Shown: positions 1-14,814, numbered from the stretch's first letter. The stretch: 64,000 bases of DNA from Ptychomitrium polyphyllum (GCA_973851085.1 OZ316775.1:7378001-7442000), one strand, 5' to 3'. Numbers and translations: made by a program. The notes: generated from the sequence alone by a model not told the origin.

Positions 1-1089
1 AGGTGCATAATAGCCATGTTTTGAATTTCCTTCTATTATAAGATTTTTTTGAAAAAATGCTACAATCATTTCTTAGATTTAAAATTTAATATAGATATAA
101 TGAATATGGCTTTATTTGTAATAATAAAATCCCACCTTTGATATTATAAAATTTCTCTTTGAAAAGGAATCAAAGTAGTTTGAATATATAAAGCAAGGTT
201 TAAACAAATTTTATTTTTACATCACAATCTATAAATTTTAATTTATGAAGTTGAATTCAAGTTTAAAAACATACATATTTTTTGATAGGTTACTTAGGAT
301 CTTACAATTGAAGGCTATAACTTTATGATTTTATGACATTTTTTTTTCATTTTTTGTCTTTGTACTAAATTTTTTTATTTTTATTTTTCTTATGGAGTAT
401 AATGAAAGGGATTTTTCTTTGCATTAATGTATAATATAGTTTGTAATATAGTTCTAATATCACTTAAAACAATCATATCTAGTTTATTTATACAAAGTGA
501 ATGAATTAAATTTATTGCAAAAAAAACCACCACTTATACACAGGTAGTAGCCTAATATGATAAGAGGTCTTAATTAATGTCCATTTTTTACTGTATATGA
601 TTTTAAAAATCATATCCGATTTTGTTAACGAACTTGAATTTTTGGTGGAAGATGGGATTTTTAATTGTTTTTTTTGTGAAATAGGTGATTCCTTAGACTA
701 ATGCCTCTACATTATTGAGTATTTTTCACAATATTAAAGTAATACTTGTCAATTTGAAATATTATTTGGATGTTGTGAAACATTTAAAAAATAAAATTGA
801 AATAACTCATATTGTGCAATTCTTACATGCATAACATCTTTTAGCCATTGTGGTAATTCACTCTCCATCTTTCAAAAGTAGAAACCAATAATAAAGGACA
901 ATAAAGGCCCATGTCTAATCATTAGTCTTTAGGGGAATGAGGTTTTGAGAATAAAATGATTCTTTAGGGGAGTGAGTGTTCAGATAGGTCACTGAAGAAT
1001 GATATGTGTTTGTTTTAAGATCATTACCTTACAACAAACAATATAGTCCATGTAAGGTTGTTGCTTCCTGACTTCCACTACAATGGATG

Positions 1090-1700
1090 TTGAAGGCACA
1101 TGGGATGGAGCCATTCAGTATCATTACAGATATAGCAAGAATAGCATTCTAGTTCTGAAACCCCAGTTGGCAATGGGCTTATCAAGTGTTAAATCACACC
1201 ACCCATAAAACTCAACAGGGCATCTGTCAACACCACATTGCATGCTATAGAGTTAAAAATAAATTTTGCCTAAACAAAACATTGTCAGTGATGGGCTTCA
1301 TCGCGGCCTTCAGCTCGGGTGCAAGAAATATATTCATACTGAGGATCCTCAGGTGGGCTACATCTATGATTGATTCAGAGAGAACTTATCACAAAGCACT
1401 TATTGAATAAGTTGGAGGAGTCAATAGGTTATTTTATCATATGTAATCTTGCAACTATGTAGTCAATAGATTTTTCAGTGCCCTCTTCTGGCCTTGTTAG
1501 CATTGGACTGACTCCAACCAAGTTGACCGTGAAATAGAAATATTCTGAAATAGTTTGAGTGATGGACGATAAGAGTATATGTTTTAATTAGAATGGATAA
1601 ACTTGACATTTTAAGTTTGAGACACTTTCGTTTTGCATAACAAGATCACAACTTAAGCCTGAGAGGCTGGAGGAATCTTTACAAGTTAAGAGGGTAGTGT
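1090..1700 (+). mobile_element. Highly decayed Ty3/Gypsy-like pol 3' remnant (integrase C-terminal region followed by a possible PPT/LTR start)
   Basis: From 1105 the + strand reads MEPFSIITDIARIAF*F*NPSWQWAYQVL, resembling the Gypsy integrase GPF/Y-I...VAYxL..P...HPVFH region. A purine tract AAGAGGGTAG (1688-1697) is followed by TG. Many stops. Confidence 0.3.
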
Positions 1701-4700
1701 AGGTCCCTGAAGTTTATTACTTACAGACTTGATACGGTGCATGCTGCACAACAACAAACATGCAGTATAGGCACTCATGCTGTTGATAGAAGTTGCTTCT
1801 AAGATGACCTAAACCACATGCTCTCCCAACACCATTCACGAGCTTGAAGGTTTCAGGACCCCCCCCTTTCCTATTCTTTGCTCTTATTTGTTTGATCTGT
1901 ACATTTTCTTACCTTTATTGCTTTGCTGCTACCCTGCACTCTTAGGTTTCATATGACCTTTCCTCCGCCCCAGGCTGCTCCATGTACTGTCTCTGCCCTA
2001 CAGGCCTAGGTGTTGATTAGTTCCTCTTGCTGCAGTCTGTAGTGGTCCCTACCAGTCCTCTTGTTGCCTTGGTCCTGAATGGGCCTGGGCCTGGGCCTTA
2101 GCCTTTGATTGTTCTCTTCCTTGCTCTTGGTGCGTATTATCTACCATATAGGCATTTCATGGAGAATTACCTAGCGCAGATAGGTCTTTCTCTCTACATA
2201 CTACGCCTAAAATGTCATTGATTTAAACTCACTTTCACAAGAAGGGTTTTTGCTAAAATATGAATAGCCAAATGAAAATAATCAGATTACTCTTCAAATA
2301 ATTGAATTTGCCTTAAAAAGTACATTTCAATGAGAATCAAGCTTTAAATAGTAAATTTCAAGTAAATAAATTAAACTAGTCTTTTAATTGAGGTGAAAAG
2401 AATCAATCTTATAAAAACTAGTCTAATTAATGTTTTAATAATTATTTGTTGTCACTACTCCAGGAAAAATAATTATAGAAAGATTAAACTGATCTAATTG
2501 GAGTAGTGACTGCAAGTATCGGTTGTAATAGAAAATTGCATTATCAATCAAATTGTGCCATAGTATAATAAATTCAATTTTCAATTGCATTATTATATTT
2601 AGAAATCTTATTTTTTTGAGAAAAAAAAAAACTTAATTTAAGATGGAATCGTTCAAAAAATTTAAGCCAAATTCAATTTTAGGATTTTTGACTCTAATTT
2701 GTTTATAATGCTTCCATTTTTGTAATTAATATGACATGGTCTTGTTTGCAAAAATCATTAAACAAGGAGTCATAGTATTAATTTTACTTTCATAGTTTTT
2801 GCCACCTACAAGAGAAATTCCTTCTAATATGGTACTAAAATTGAATATGGTAAAAATTGTATATCAAGAGATTGATTTATATATTCTAAAGACAACATTT
2901 TATCCAATTTAAGAAATTAAAAGAGAAACATTACTTGATGAATAGTCTTATAGCTATGGAAGATTATTGTCACAAAATATATGTAAAAGATCTAACTCAA
3001 TGAAGAATCAAATTGGCAAGAAGTTAACAACTCAAGAAATTTCATACCAATAACATATTCTGTGGAAGGCAAATTGTAGTATTAGATCCTTTATTAATTA
3101 TGTATAGTGCAATATAGGAAGAATGATACAAATTGAATTTTTGACAATGTTTTTGTATATTATCAAAGAAATTGTATTAGGTTAAGAAGATGGTTTTATA
3201 GAAGACAATAACACCTCTACTCTTGAAGAATTTTTTTTTATGTAGCCCTCACAATAAGCAAGAGAAGGAATCTACAGTAATTATTACAAGTAAAGCCACT
3301 AGAAAAAAATTAGTCATCATTACTAATTATATTTACTTTCCAATTCATTTTCAAATTTTTCTTAATATAAATCACATAATCAATAATTTTTGGCCTAAAG
3401 CAGCACAACAATCATATTGTTTCAAAAGTCTTAAATAAAAAGTTAGTTGGAGGCATCAAACATTTCTAAACCTATGCACTTAAACAATATAAATCCACTT
3501 TTATAGCTAGCACCTTTAATACACTTGTGACCAACATCCGTACACTCCATCTTTTTAACCTTTTTATATTTAATTTCTTCTAAAATCATATAAGTATTAG
3601 CCAATCGCTCATTTTAATTCAACTCAATTGATAAATGTAAGATCCTTGCAAGTATGCCTATGTTAAGCCTCTAAAAGAAATAATTATATCAAATTGCTCA
3701 CAATTAAGCATACACAAAGCTAAGACAAATGTCACTACATTAAATTATTTTTAAAACAATTTTATATCACCATTGTAAAATAATTCTAATTTAGGCCTTT
3801 TTGAAAAAGCTAAATTTGTGGATGTTAAAGGCTCCATTAACTAAGTTTAATCACAAGCGGTCTTTCAAAAACAAAAAAGCTTCCAATTTTGTAGCAATTA
3901 GTAGAGTAATTGATTAGCTATTTGGTCCAAATAAAAATCAATATAATTTCTTTTGGCCAATTTTTCTTCCTTCAAATATAGTTGCTCCTTTTTTTTATCC
4001 ATTACTTTCAATCTTTCTTATTAACAAATTTCAATTGAACACAACAATGGTAGAACCTATTGATATAATTCCAAAAATAGTAATGGAAAACCTAATGGTG
4101 ACAAATGGCAAGGATTTTTGGATGGTAGAATCTAAGCTCAATTCTAAGTTTCAATTCTTGATATATGCAAATCCGTAAATAATAATAACATGATTTTTTT
4201 GGAAGGCAAGCCATTTGCAAAGGATGCTTCAATATTGCTATTGGATGTTAATAAAGATTAGAATGTTTTGGAACATATTTGAAGATAAGTCATCTTTAGA
4301 CGGTTTTTTCATCTCTTTTTGCAAGAAATTCATCTTTAACCAATTCAAGACATTATAAGAAGTCAAAAAAATTTGAGCTAAAGAACATAATCAAAAACAT
4401 TTGAAATAGTTAAATAAATAATGCAATACAATTTATGGTTTGAATACATTGAATCCACACGTTTAACATACCAAATAATTATATTTTATTAAAAATGGAT
4501 ACTTTATATTTAAAGATTGCTTGCAAAACTATAATCCTTTACTTGCGCAGCTACAATCAAATGCTCAATAATTCTTCAACAAGAATCTATAATATCCTTG
4601 ACCTCTAAGATAAATTGTTCTATTTTAAAGATGCAAAAGTTAAAAAATCTTTGTTACATATGGATATAAAACTCTCTGATGGAATTCTTTAAAAAAATCA

Positions 4701-7700
4701 TGAAGTGCACCAAATTCAAAAATCCATACATTATTTTGACAACAATTCTAAATTCATTTATTTCAACGCCCATACCTTTGATTTTAATGAAAACTTAGTC
4801 TTTAAGTTTTTTTCAAAATTAATATCTTTCATTTCAAAAGTAGATTCAAAATCACATAACAAGATATTTTAGAATAATGCATAATGGTCACAAATTCAAA
4901 ACTCAAAATTTCCATCTTTAAAATCAAAGTAAAAGGCATAAATTTATACTTTGTGAATCTTTAGAAGGCTTAGTTTTGGTCTTAAAGCTCACAATAAATC
5001 ATACATCTTCTTAAAAATCATTTTTAGAATGGCCACTCAAAATCTACAAAAACATTTCAACCTTCCATTAATTATTTTAAAAAAATTCATCCCTTCTTGC
5101 TCATTTGCCCAATAAAAAACTATTGAAAATAGTTCCAAGAACTATTTTTCTTACCTGCTAGCTATATGTGCAAATAGGCTTGCTCTAATTGGCCCTTGGC
5201 TTATTGTAATCTTGCCAATTAGTACTCTTAATTTTTTCTAATTTCAATTTATTCTTCAAACTTCAAACCAAAAATTAGTGTTCAATCCAACAACCAATAT
5301 ATATATAAATCACAATAAGAACATGTGTATATAAGTTGATGGAATTTTTTTAAGTGGGTGAGAAAAGTGGCTCCACTTGCTCTATTAAGTTTTACCTTGA
5401 AGAGAGTCATTTTTTTTGAAATTGATCTTGTTAAACAATATAGGTCTCAATCCATGTATCTAAAGGTTATTAATTTACTAAATGTTGGCTAGTGTTTATT
5501 GTATATTAATATTTGTAAGAATTAGGTAAAAAGACACTATAGATGAAGCTCAAAATGGAAGTAAGTTTGCTATAGCTTATAAAAGATTCATGTGTAAAGT
5601 CCAAGATTGTCAATCAATTTAAAGGCTTAGCTAACTACTTCAATAACCTTCACTATAAATGCGTTAATAGGCTTACATTTGATTCTCATTTTAATAAATA
5701 CAACCACAACATCTCTTTGATTACATACACATTGAAAATTGACTAGGTTTTAGAATTTAGGATGTAGATTCAATTTGGCTTATATGAAATTGATATGTTG
5801 CAATGAGCAATTAAAAGGCACAAATTAATATGACTATCACAATGAAAAGCTATTACAATTTTTATAAAATAAGAGCTTGCAAAATCTCTTATATCAAATA
5901 TTGAAGTATCTAAAAAGGCTTAGCATTAGGCTATCCACAAGTTTTAATACTTTACTAAAACTATTTGAAGTCAAAGGTCTATAGTAGCTACTTCATTAAG
6001 CATAAGAAATTTTTAGTGTTTACTTTTTTCACAAATTTTGCAAAATTGAGAGGATTCCAAATTTACTTTGTATTAATCTACTTTGGAGCATTTACTTATA
6101 CAACAACAATGTTGACTTCACCAACTTGTGGTGGCTTAACAACATATTCTATTAGAGGTTCTAATTGAAGATGGAGGACTACAATTAGATGGCTTTTAAT
6201 TTCTTCTTGAAGCAAAGATTGACTATTTCCTTAGTCATTTGTATTTTTTCATTTCTCCACAAGGACACTTAATAAACTCCAAGCCTCTTTTATAAAAGAA
6301 CATAAAACGTTCAAGCACATTTGAACATATATGAAAAATATTTGAAGAAGATATACCATTTTTATTCAACATAACATAACGGTTCATTTTTTGGTCTTAT
6401 TTATAATGGATAAATTTTATTGCATGCCCTCTACGTAGATAACCTTGATAAAAATCAAATTAAAAAAAATCAATTTGATATTTTTAATCTTAAGTTAAGC
6501 TTTTTGAACCAATGGTATATTGAAACCTTACTAATGTATATAAAAGATATAATAAAGTTAAGTGGACCTTGTTAGTTCATTCACCACATACAATCCGCTA
6601 TATGATATCTTGTATGTACTTTTGATGACTTTTATCTCAACTTAGAACTAATTCGGGTGTAAATTTTTTTTTCTTTTTTTTGAAAACTTATTAATTTAAT
6701 TTATGCTTTGAAAAAGAAATTATCAAAGAAGAAGGTGAGAGGTGGAAGGTTCTCCTATTCAAAGTTCTTGGCCCTTTTAACACTATAAAATAATGAATTT
6801 TATTCGTAAAATACATAATACAAGATTAGTACACTAAAAATGGTACTCGACACCATTTATTCTAAATATCTTGTTGTGATGTTAAATGCAAACTACCAAG
6901 TCAATGTTACCAACATTAATGTAAGCAACCCTTTGATTGGAATTGTTTTTGAATAAAGTTATTCATAAAGTGTTTTACTACAACATTAAGCAACACATGT
7001 TGATGATATCATTTTTGGTATAGTATTTTATAGATTTGTGCCAACTAGAACCTACCCCACCCTACCTTTTTTAGGGGTGGGGTGGGCGGAGTGTAAGGGT
7101 GAATACTTCAGGAGGGGCAAAGGATCTAAATATAGCCCAATGTATGCTAGTTGCTAGAGCCCCCTCTCCTACTAGTGGCCAACTCCAACTTCAGTAACTT
7201 ACCCCATGAAATACTCATCTGTTGGACTGAACCAAGCACAGGGCTTTCTACAGGAATTGATGAAGTCCGGGGCTTGTCACAGGAATGAAGCAAGTCACCT
7301 TTAGCTGAATGGAATGCTTTGAAACTTTCAAGGTATAAAGTCCTGCATGGGACTTTACAAAAGATGGCTGTTCATGTGGAGCAAGCAATTTAGTTGCCTG
7401 AGAACACTACAGGGGATAGGCTTGACAAATTTCTGATGGGAGTAGGTCCGTCACAGACTGCGGTTTACAAGTAACCAGCACTGTAGAGTTAGTTTGGAAT
7501 TTTCAAATTGATTCATTACGGTTGGCTGACCTAAAATCACCACCTCATATCTGGGTTGTAGAGTTCTTTTTGGAGTTCCGAATTTCATCATAATTCACTA
7601 TATGTATGTAATCGAGCAAAGAAACCAATGGCATGACAAATATTGGAAACAAATAAGCACTTTAGGATATCATCATAAGTAAAAGAAAATATTACATACT

Positions 7701-10305
7701 TTGGATATTGAATAACCTACATAGCAATGTTGGATCTTGAAATGTTTTACACTTCAACTATTTCCGAGTTAATTCTGATACTTATAATAAGTAAAAGGAT
7801 TTACATTTGTCATAAAGATCTTATTCCCTACTATTTTTCATTTCAAAGATTAACCTACCAGAAATAGCTGTAAAACCTTAAATTGGTCGTTTAAGGACAA
7901 CCAACCCTAATACATGTTTTGCTACTGACAGTCTTGTTGTTGAAAGGACTGTTCCCAGTTGGAACAGCATTGGAATGTAGGAGTTGCTGTACACCTACCT
8001 GGACCAACACAAGCTTAGAGTAATTAAAACTGGTGTACAAGTCTTGGATTGGGTTACAACCTTCCAATCAAAACTTGGAGTCCTTGCTTTCCACAAGTGC
8101 TTCGTTCTGAATGGGCCCAAGTGGAGGCTCATTGCATCTGAAGATAAGCTTAGAGTGCTCTGGACTAGGCACTTATCTTTGAACATGATATCTGGAAAAT
8201 GTGTCCAAGACTCAAGCTTGATGCTTGGCACCAACAACTTCAAGAATGTGACAATGGGGGTGATGTTAAGATGGTTGTCTGTGTAAAGGACCTTGAGAGA
8301 ACATGGCCAACCTCACAGTACATTTTGAGGGCAAGATTAAAAGAAAAAGAAATCAACCATTTTCGGAGGGGATTCAGAAGAAAAGAAGATGACCTGCAGT
8401 GCTAGTAGGGGCTGGCATGAATGGAACTTTTGTTCAGATGATTCACTCAATGGCCTAAGTGAAAGTTACATGAACCCAATATTGGTTGTTGTTGGTTGAG
8501 ATTGGATACAAATGAGATCATGGGGTGGTGGTGATGGGATCAAATTCAAATTTACTTAAGTTTAGTTAAAAAAATATGTAATGAACATAGGTTTGGTGTA
8601 TGGCAACTATTGACTGTGATTTTGGTAAATGTATTACTTTTGGTTACTCGTTGTTGTTTGTCTGGTTAATGGACAAATCTACCAATCTACCAATGGTTTT
8701 TGATTTTTTGCAAAAAAATGTCCATAATCAACTCAGATATAATTTATACTCCATCCCAAAAATGCGTTTTTAGTTGCATCAAGCTTCACACCTTATTTTG
8801 TATTGAACACCATAAACTTTTTAAAACTTTTTAATGTGATGTTTAGAAAAGGGCATTCCTTACTGCGGTGGTGATGGGCTGTCCACCTTGTGGTTAGTTT
8901 CTTTTGGGCAATATATTAAAAATATTGCATATGGTACAGGAGCTCAATCAACATGACTGAAGGCAAGCACTTCATATACCTACTTATGCGTAGAGTACGA
9001 AATTATCATACAGTAACAAGTAACTCAGGTACACTGTCAGACCCTTTTATGAAAGGAAGGGGCGAGTACGTTTGTGGCCTTCAAACAGTTCTCAAATGTT
9101 TTCAAGGACTTGGGTGTGCAGGGCTTGATCATAGTTTCACCTGTTCACTCTCTCAGTCACATCCAAGTCATACGACAGTTTGGGGTACAAACACATGGTA
9201 CTACATTCATCGCCTTCAACTATGCGACTCAAACAACGGTGCTGTCTCCTTTCCAACGCCCTTAACAAAAAGACAAATGGCCGCGTTCAAGAAACGCCTG
9301 GTGCACCTCAGTGTGGTCATTGTTTGATAAAAGGGAACAAGAGTTTGTTTATTTGCAAATGTAGCACATTGATGGAAGGGCCTTCGAGGATCAAGAATTA
9401 TTGCTTACACCTTGCAGCATAGGAAAAGCTAGTTCTACAAATCTTTGGAATTAGTTTTATTTCACTAATATGGTATGGGAATGGCCACTATGGGATAGAT
9501 AGGCATTTATATGTTAAATCTTGTATGTGTTGAATTTACAACCTTTTACTTTGGACTTGAACGTACTATAATGCTAAGGGGTTTCTTTTCACATTCAAAA
9601 TTTTAAACAAATGATCTAAAATAGTTTTTGTTAATAATCCAAGAATATGACAAGTAGTCTTCCCACAAAAAAAGATACATCAAATTTTTTATTTTTTATT
9701 TTTGGGTAGGTAAATGAATTGGTGTATATAGATGAAGTTCATCTCCAAGCATAACCACTTTGAACAGAAGGCCAAGAATAATGGAAATCGTTAGTTTCTA
9801 TTAACATTACTTATGTGTTTTTTAATAATGTAATAGAATGCAAAGGTAAAGGTAAATTGACGTAACATTCTTTGGCAATGAGAAACATCACTCTGCAATA
9901 ACAACCCATCATCATTACCAACTTAATGAATTAGATGAAGCAGCAAATGAAGACGGCTCCGCCCACTTGATTCCAGGGTGACCAGTTCTACTACTAAAGA
10001 ATTTTAGGAGGTAACTTTAATGTATTAAGCGCTTGAAAGACTACGGTATTTCTTCTCAACAGACGATCAAAAGATTGAGTAAAGGAGCAGCACCCAAACT
10101 GGATTTGAAGGATATTTTTTAGATAAATAGTGAGTGGAAGTGTAGTACTAGATTCAGCCAAGCAGCCTGGTACGGAACAGCTTCTACATAGACATGAAGC
10201 CAAGATATTTCATCCAGAATTTTATGGTAAATTTGGACCCCCTTTCGGTAAGAAATCGATATATACATCTTCAAGCACATATGTGTCGGATATCAAATTT
10301 TTTGT

Positions 10306-13300
10306 CTATAGCCTAGCATCCAGGAAGTTATCTTTTGGTGGTGGGGGCAGTATTCGTATTGTTCCTTCTTGAGCAAGAGAGGCCACTAGCTGCACCACCC
10401 ATTGCCAACATCACACATACTATCAACGAAGGTGGTGTGATAGATAGGGTTCTCCACTCTGGGTTTCAAGCTTCCAAAGAGTATTCAATAACAATTCAAC
10501 ACAAGAGGGCTGAACGAATGACTGTACCTCACCACTTTGAGTGTAAACTTGACCAAAGCACAGTGCGCGTGAATCACATGCTCGGTGGCTCTCCATCTGA
10601 TCCAATTCATATGCCCACACATACAAGCCTCTTAGCTACGGATAATATTTTTTGAAAATCTGCACTGCTAACGCCTCAGAAAAGTTGGACTTTCGTTATA
10701 TACTGGTGTAAGGTTCCTTTGCAGAACCACAATTGTCACTCTACACATGGCACAATTCAGTTACAGCAGCTTGAATAAATATCGTTACAACTGAACCCCG
10801 CTACCATTCTGTTATTCTTCTGTAGATGTCAGTATTGGTTTCTGCTGGCCATAAGGATAACAAATAAAGAGGGGTGTGAGGAGTCCTGTAGAGTGTGTGG
10901 TGATTTTAAAAGCCAATTGACACAACGAATGGTTTTTGGAAAAGCTGTAACTCTCACTGGCTGGTTGTAACAATTTATCCAAGAACCAGTCACTATGTCA
11001 ACTGTATAGACAAAACCGTCACAAGCTTACAGCCTCCTAATCCTTAGCCTCACGACCCATCCAGGCTGGTTTAGTGCAAAGAATCTCACTAATTAATGGA
11101 AGTACATAATTACAAATCAGAGATGAGGAAAGAGATGAACGACATGTATACCACAAACAGAAGGTACTCGTCTGCTCGAAATGGTCGGTGAAACCAAATT
11201 CTGCATCCAATGCCAAACAAATGATGTCAATGTACATGCTACTAGCACCATGAAGACTATCTATGAAGATTATCAAGCTGTGGTAAACTAAGTGGAAAGG
11301 ACTTAACGAATGGTCGATGCTGAAGCCAAAAACCGGATATTTGTTCACCAGCTTGCTGTGGGGCTTCATTGCAGTCTCCAGAAAAGACCAATCAAAAGCA
11401 TAGCCAGCTGCACATCTGATTAAAGAACCATCGCACTCCATGTTGTCGTGATTAGTACTATAAATGAGGATTAAAGCAGAGATTCCATATTAATGTGAAT
11501 GCATTAGACATGGGTGTAATTCTGTCTTTAACACTCACAGATGCTGCTGGCTTCTGACTTCTCTGATTTGCAAAGCCTTTAATGACCAAGTCATTTGAAC
11601 ATGACAATGATTCATGTAATTTCTTGTGACGAATACTATGCTGTTTGTAACGACTACCACTCTCAATGAAGAGGTTCAATTTGTTGATACCTGTGAAGAG
11701 CCTGATCATCGCCCAGTTTTCCTTTTGTCCGCACCCACAGCCTTTGTCTGCAGCAGAATTCATGTCCATCAGTTCCACAGTCAAGCACTTATAATTGCAA
11801 TTAAATTAATTTTCGGTCATTCACGAAGATTCATATAATGTTCATAAGGTGCATTAAGCATCTATCTGAAGGGAAGTAGATTTTCAACAGTTTTTGTCTA
11901 AAAGTGACAATTTATGCTAACGTACCGAGGCTCTTGAGGTTCAAGAGTCAATTGACTTCTACGGTTGAAATATCTCAGGTCCAGTGTTTGGCTCATTTGT
12001 AGGCATGAAGTTGCTGACTCCCGTATATGTCTAGCAATAAGACAGTTGTATTAACAATTAGCTCTAATTGCAAATAATTACAGCCCAAAATACTAGTTGA
12101 CACAATAACACGTCTGCTACACAAATTTGACAAGACATATGATCACTGTCACGCAAGGCACATGTTGTGGTATGAAAATCCACGTAGAGCATGAAACCAG
12201 CAGCAACAGCAATGAACACCTTTAAATCACCAATTTTTTTGGGATACTAGAACCATGCTTAACTAGCTCTTACACTATGATGAGAAATTAAAGCTAATCC
12301 CGTGTAAGACGAAGATCATAAGTGCAGGGCCACTCACTTGTGTGAGTCATCACAAAGCGGCCCTAGCAATTCCTCGTAAGTAGGGAGCTGCAACCAAGAC
12401 CAGCATTTGAACATTGAATTCGTAACTTGTAAATGGATTATGAGCATGATGGATCGGAAGGCATATGAGGTAGTTTATGTTGAAATTTACACTGGTGCTC
12501 AAATGTGTCGTTAAACCAGAACGATATCCAGAGGTTTTCGACACGAAATTTACTTTTTAGTACTGAGGATTGAAATGCACCTCATTTGGAGAAGGTGTAG
12601 ATGGCATTGGATGTTGATATTCAAGTCCGTCTTGGGTTCTCTGTAATTTGAAAACTATGAGCTTGTGAGAACGGGTCCGACCACATTGCCAGAAAAGTTT
12701 ACTAGTCGTACAAATGAAAGGAATCAAAACATAGTGAAAACAACTCTTAAATATGTTCTGGTTCAAAGGAAGAGTGTTAACGCTCTAAACTGACGTACCT
12801 GAAAAGATGCATACATAGCAAAGCACACTTTGCCTTTTTGCGTGGCTTGCACATGTCGTGTTGCAAATGTATGACCACTTCGAATCCTCTCTACCTTGAA
12901 AGTAATAGGTACTGCAGAAGGGAATCACGTTCGTCGATAAGAACTTTAATATGATCGATTATGAACCAGCCAAAATATTTAGCTACAAAGATTCACATCA
13001 CATTGGAAGGAAAATGCTGTAAGGGAACGGATATAACATACGAGAAGGGATGCCACCGAGGATAAAATAAGAATGAAGGCTGTGGGCAACAAGAGCGGGA
13101 TTAACCGTCTTACATGCAGCTCCCAAAGCCTAACCCATGCCATAAAATCATTGTCATAAATAATTTCCGACTTCGAAAATGAGATCCAGAATTCAAAGAT
13201 CAAATTGCTTGCGGAGTGCAGTATTGAACTGCTGATATAAGGACGACATACCAGGCCCACCATGCGGCCTCCATACATATTACCCCAGAACGTAGGCGTT

Positions 13301-14814
13301 TCAGGCATGGGATTGGCTTGAAACATGTCGTCCTTGCACACAAGTAACAAAGCCAGAAGTAAGAACAAATTTAAGTGCCAAAGTGGGTATGCCCGCTTGT
13401 GCTAATTATATGTATTGTTAAGTGGCCCTTCAAACTCACCTTAATGAAATCCAGCTGCAACAGGCGTTCCGCTAGTGACAAATCTCCAGGTTGATGTGTC
13501 CATGTTGATGCCGGAGTAAACAATTGAGCTTGTTCATGTTGAATAACAACACACGAAACCTGGCATGAACTCCAAATGCCCATGTATCAGCTTGAATCAT
13601 GGCAAAGGCTAACAATTACTGTTAGACAGCAGTACATGAAATCTGCCCTCCGTCAGAAATTCATAAACTTTGCTGGGCATGAAACCGCTTATATTTCGTG
13701 ATCCTACCTCTGAACGAGCAGTTATATCTTGCTTGTGGAGTTGCTTCTCTGGTTCAAGGCAAGCTTCCAACCAACAAAACCAAACCCTGTTGAGTTTCAC
13801 ATAATTGTACTGAATAACTGATGCTCTATAAAATTTTGTCAAGTTCCAGCACAAGGGTTTCAAATCAGACTGCAAAAGGGGCTACATAGCTCTTTTTTTT
13901 CTCTTAAACTATCACATGACAAGGGTTTTCAGGAGAAAAAGCAATTCATACCATGGCCAAAATGATCGCCGGTGCTGAGAATCCGTGATAGGTATTGTTG
14001 TTCTGTATCATCACCTCCTGTCCTTAAGGCTTCAGCCTGCAAACATATTTCGATGGTACGCTAGGTGTGATGAAGATGGACTTTAGCGCTGTTGTGACAA
14101 TTTCTGCTTTCTAGAAGCTCAAGAAAATTCAAAAATTCCTGCCAACGAAACCTAATCCTCTCCCCCCAAAAATAGGATAACCCTAACAAACACGAGCGCT
14201 TAGATTTTCAAGAAGCACCCAATAACTACGTAGAATCGATCACAAAAACCTCGTAACTGAATGCCCAGTTCCACATCGTACCTTGCCCTTCCAGATCACG
14301 TACAATCCCTCACCCGGTTCGTCCACTTTAACCACCGACTCACCTGCTCCTGCAACCGTATCTCAAGCCCCCAATTCCCTGTAAGAGGATAATCACCACG
14401 GAAGACCAAAAGCTACTGAAACGAACTCCCTTGCAAATCCACGAAGCGCCATGAGAAGAGATCAACCGAAATGCCTGAGCTGAGCACATTGAACAATCTG
14501 CTGAAACGAAGCTCCGGGCAGCCGCTGCAAGCATGGTAACGCCCCCAGCAGCTCCAGCACTGCACCACAGCCGAACGATCAAACCATTGCAAACGTTAGC
14601 CTACCTGCAATTGAAGTACCGTTCGACAACCTAGTAGCATGATCCCTCCCAAAAGCAGAACACCATGTAAGAAGTAGAATTCTAAATGGACTCACCTACA
14701 CCTACACCTACACCTACACCAAGAGGAGTCGGTACTGAAGTCAGGTGGATGAACCTGAGGTCATGCTTCAGAACACACACCTTGCTGAAGCTCTTGTGCG
14801 GAGAGCGAGTCCAT
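10306..14814 (-). CDS. ACH2: Peroxisomal acyl-CoA thioesterase II (TesB/ACOT8 family) with N-terminal cyclic-nucleotide-binding-like domain, 439 aa, 17 coding exons
   Basis: Hand-spliced GT-AG exons 14814-14781, 14559-14467, 14349-14282, 14036-13952, 13763-13708, 13559-13440, 13332-13252, 13129-13042, 12911-12799, 12640-12581, 12387-12338, 12030-11926, 11747-11691, 11415-11308, 11200-11152, 10596-10528, 10389-10306 total 1320 nt in frame. Motifs: VLELLGALPCLQRLPG, GEGLYVIWKG, GDHFG, MYGGRMVG, HSLHSYFILGG, PITFKVERIRSGHTFATRHVQATQKG, KGKLGDDQALHRC, YAFD, SIDHSIWFHRPFRADEYLL, LAQEG. C-terminal PTS1 tripeptide ARL. Confidence 0.93.
14696..14719. repeat. (CTACAC)4 hexanucleotide microsatellite in intron 1 of the ACH2-like gene
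   Basis: cctacacctacacctacacctacacc read directly. Confidence 0.8.

Noticed and set aside
10130..13875. Several stand-alone ORFs of 64-134 aa
   Set aside because: Explained as exon-plus-intron read-through or antisense of the ACH2-like gene.
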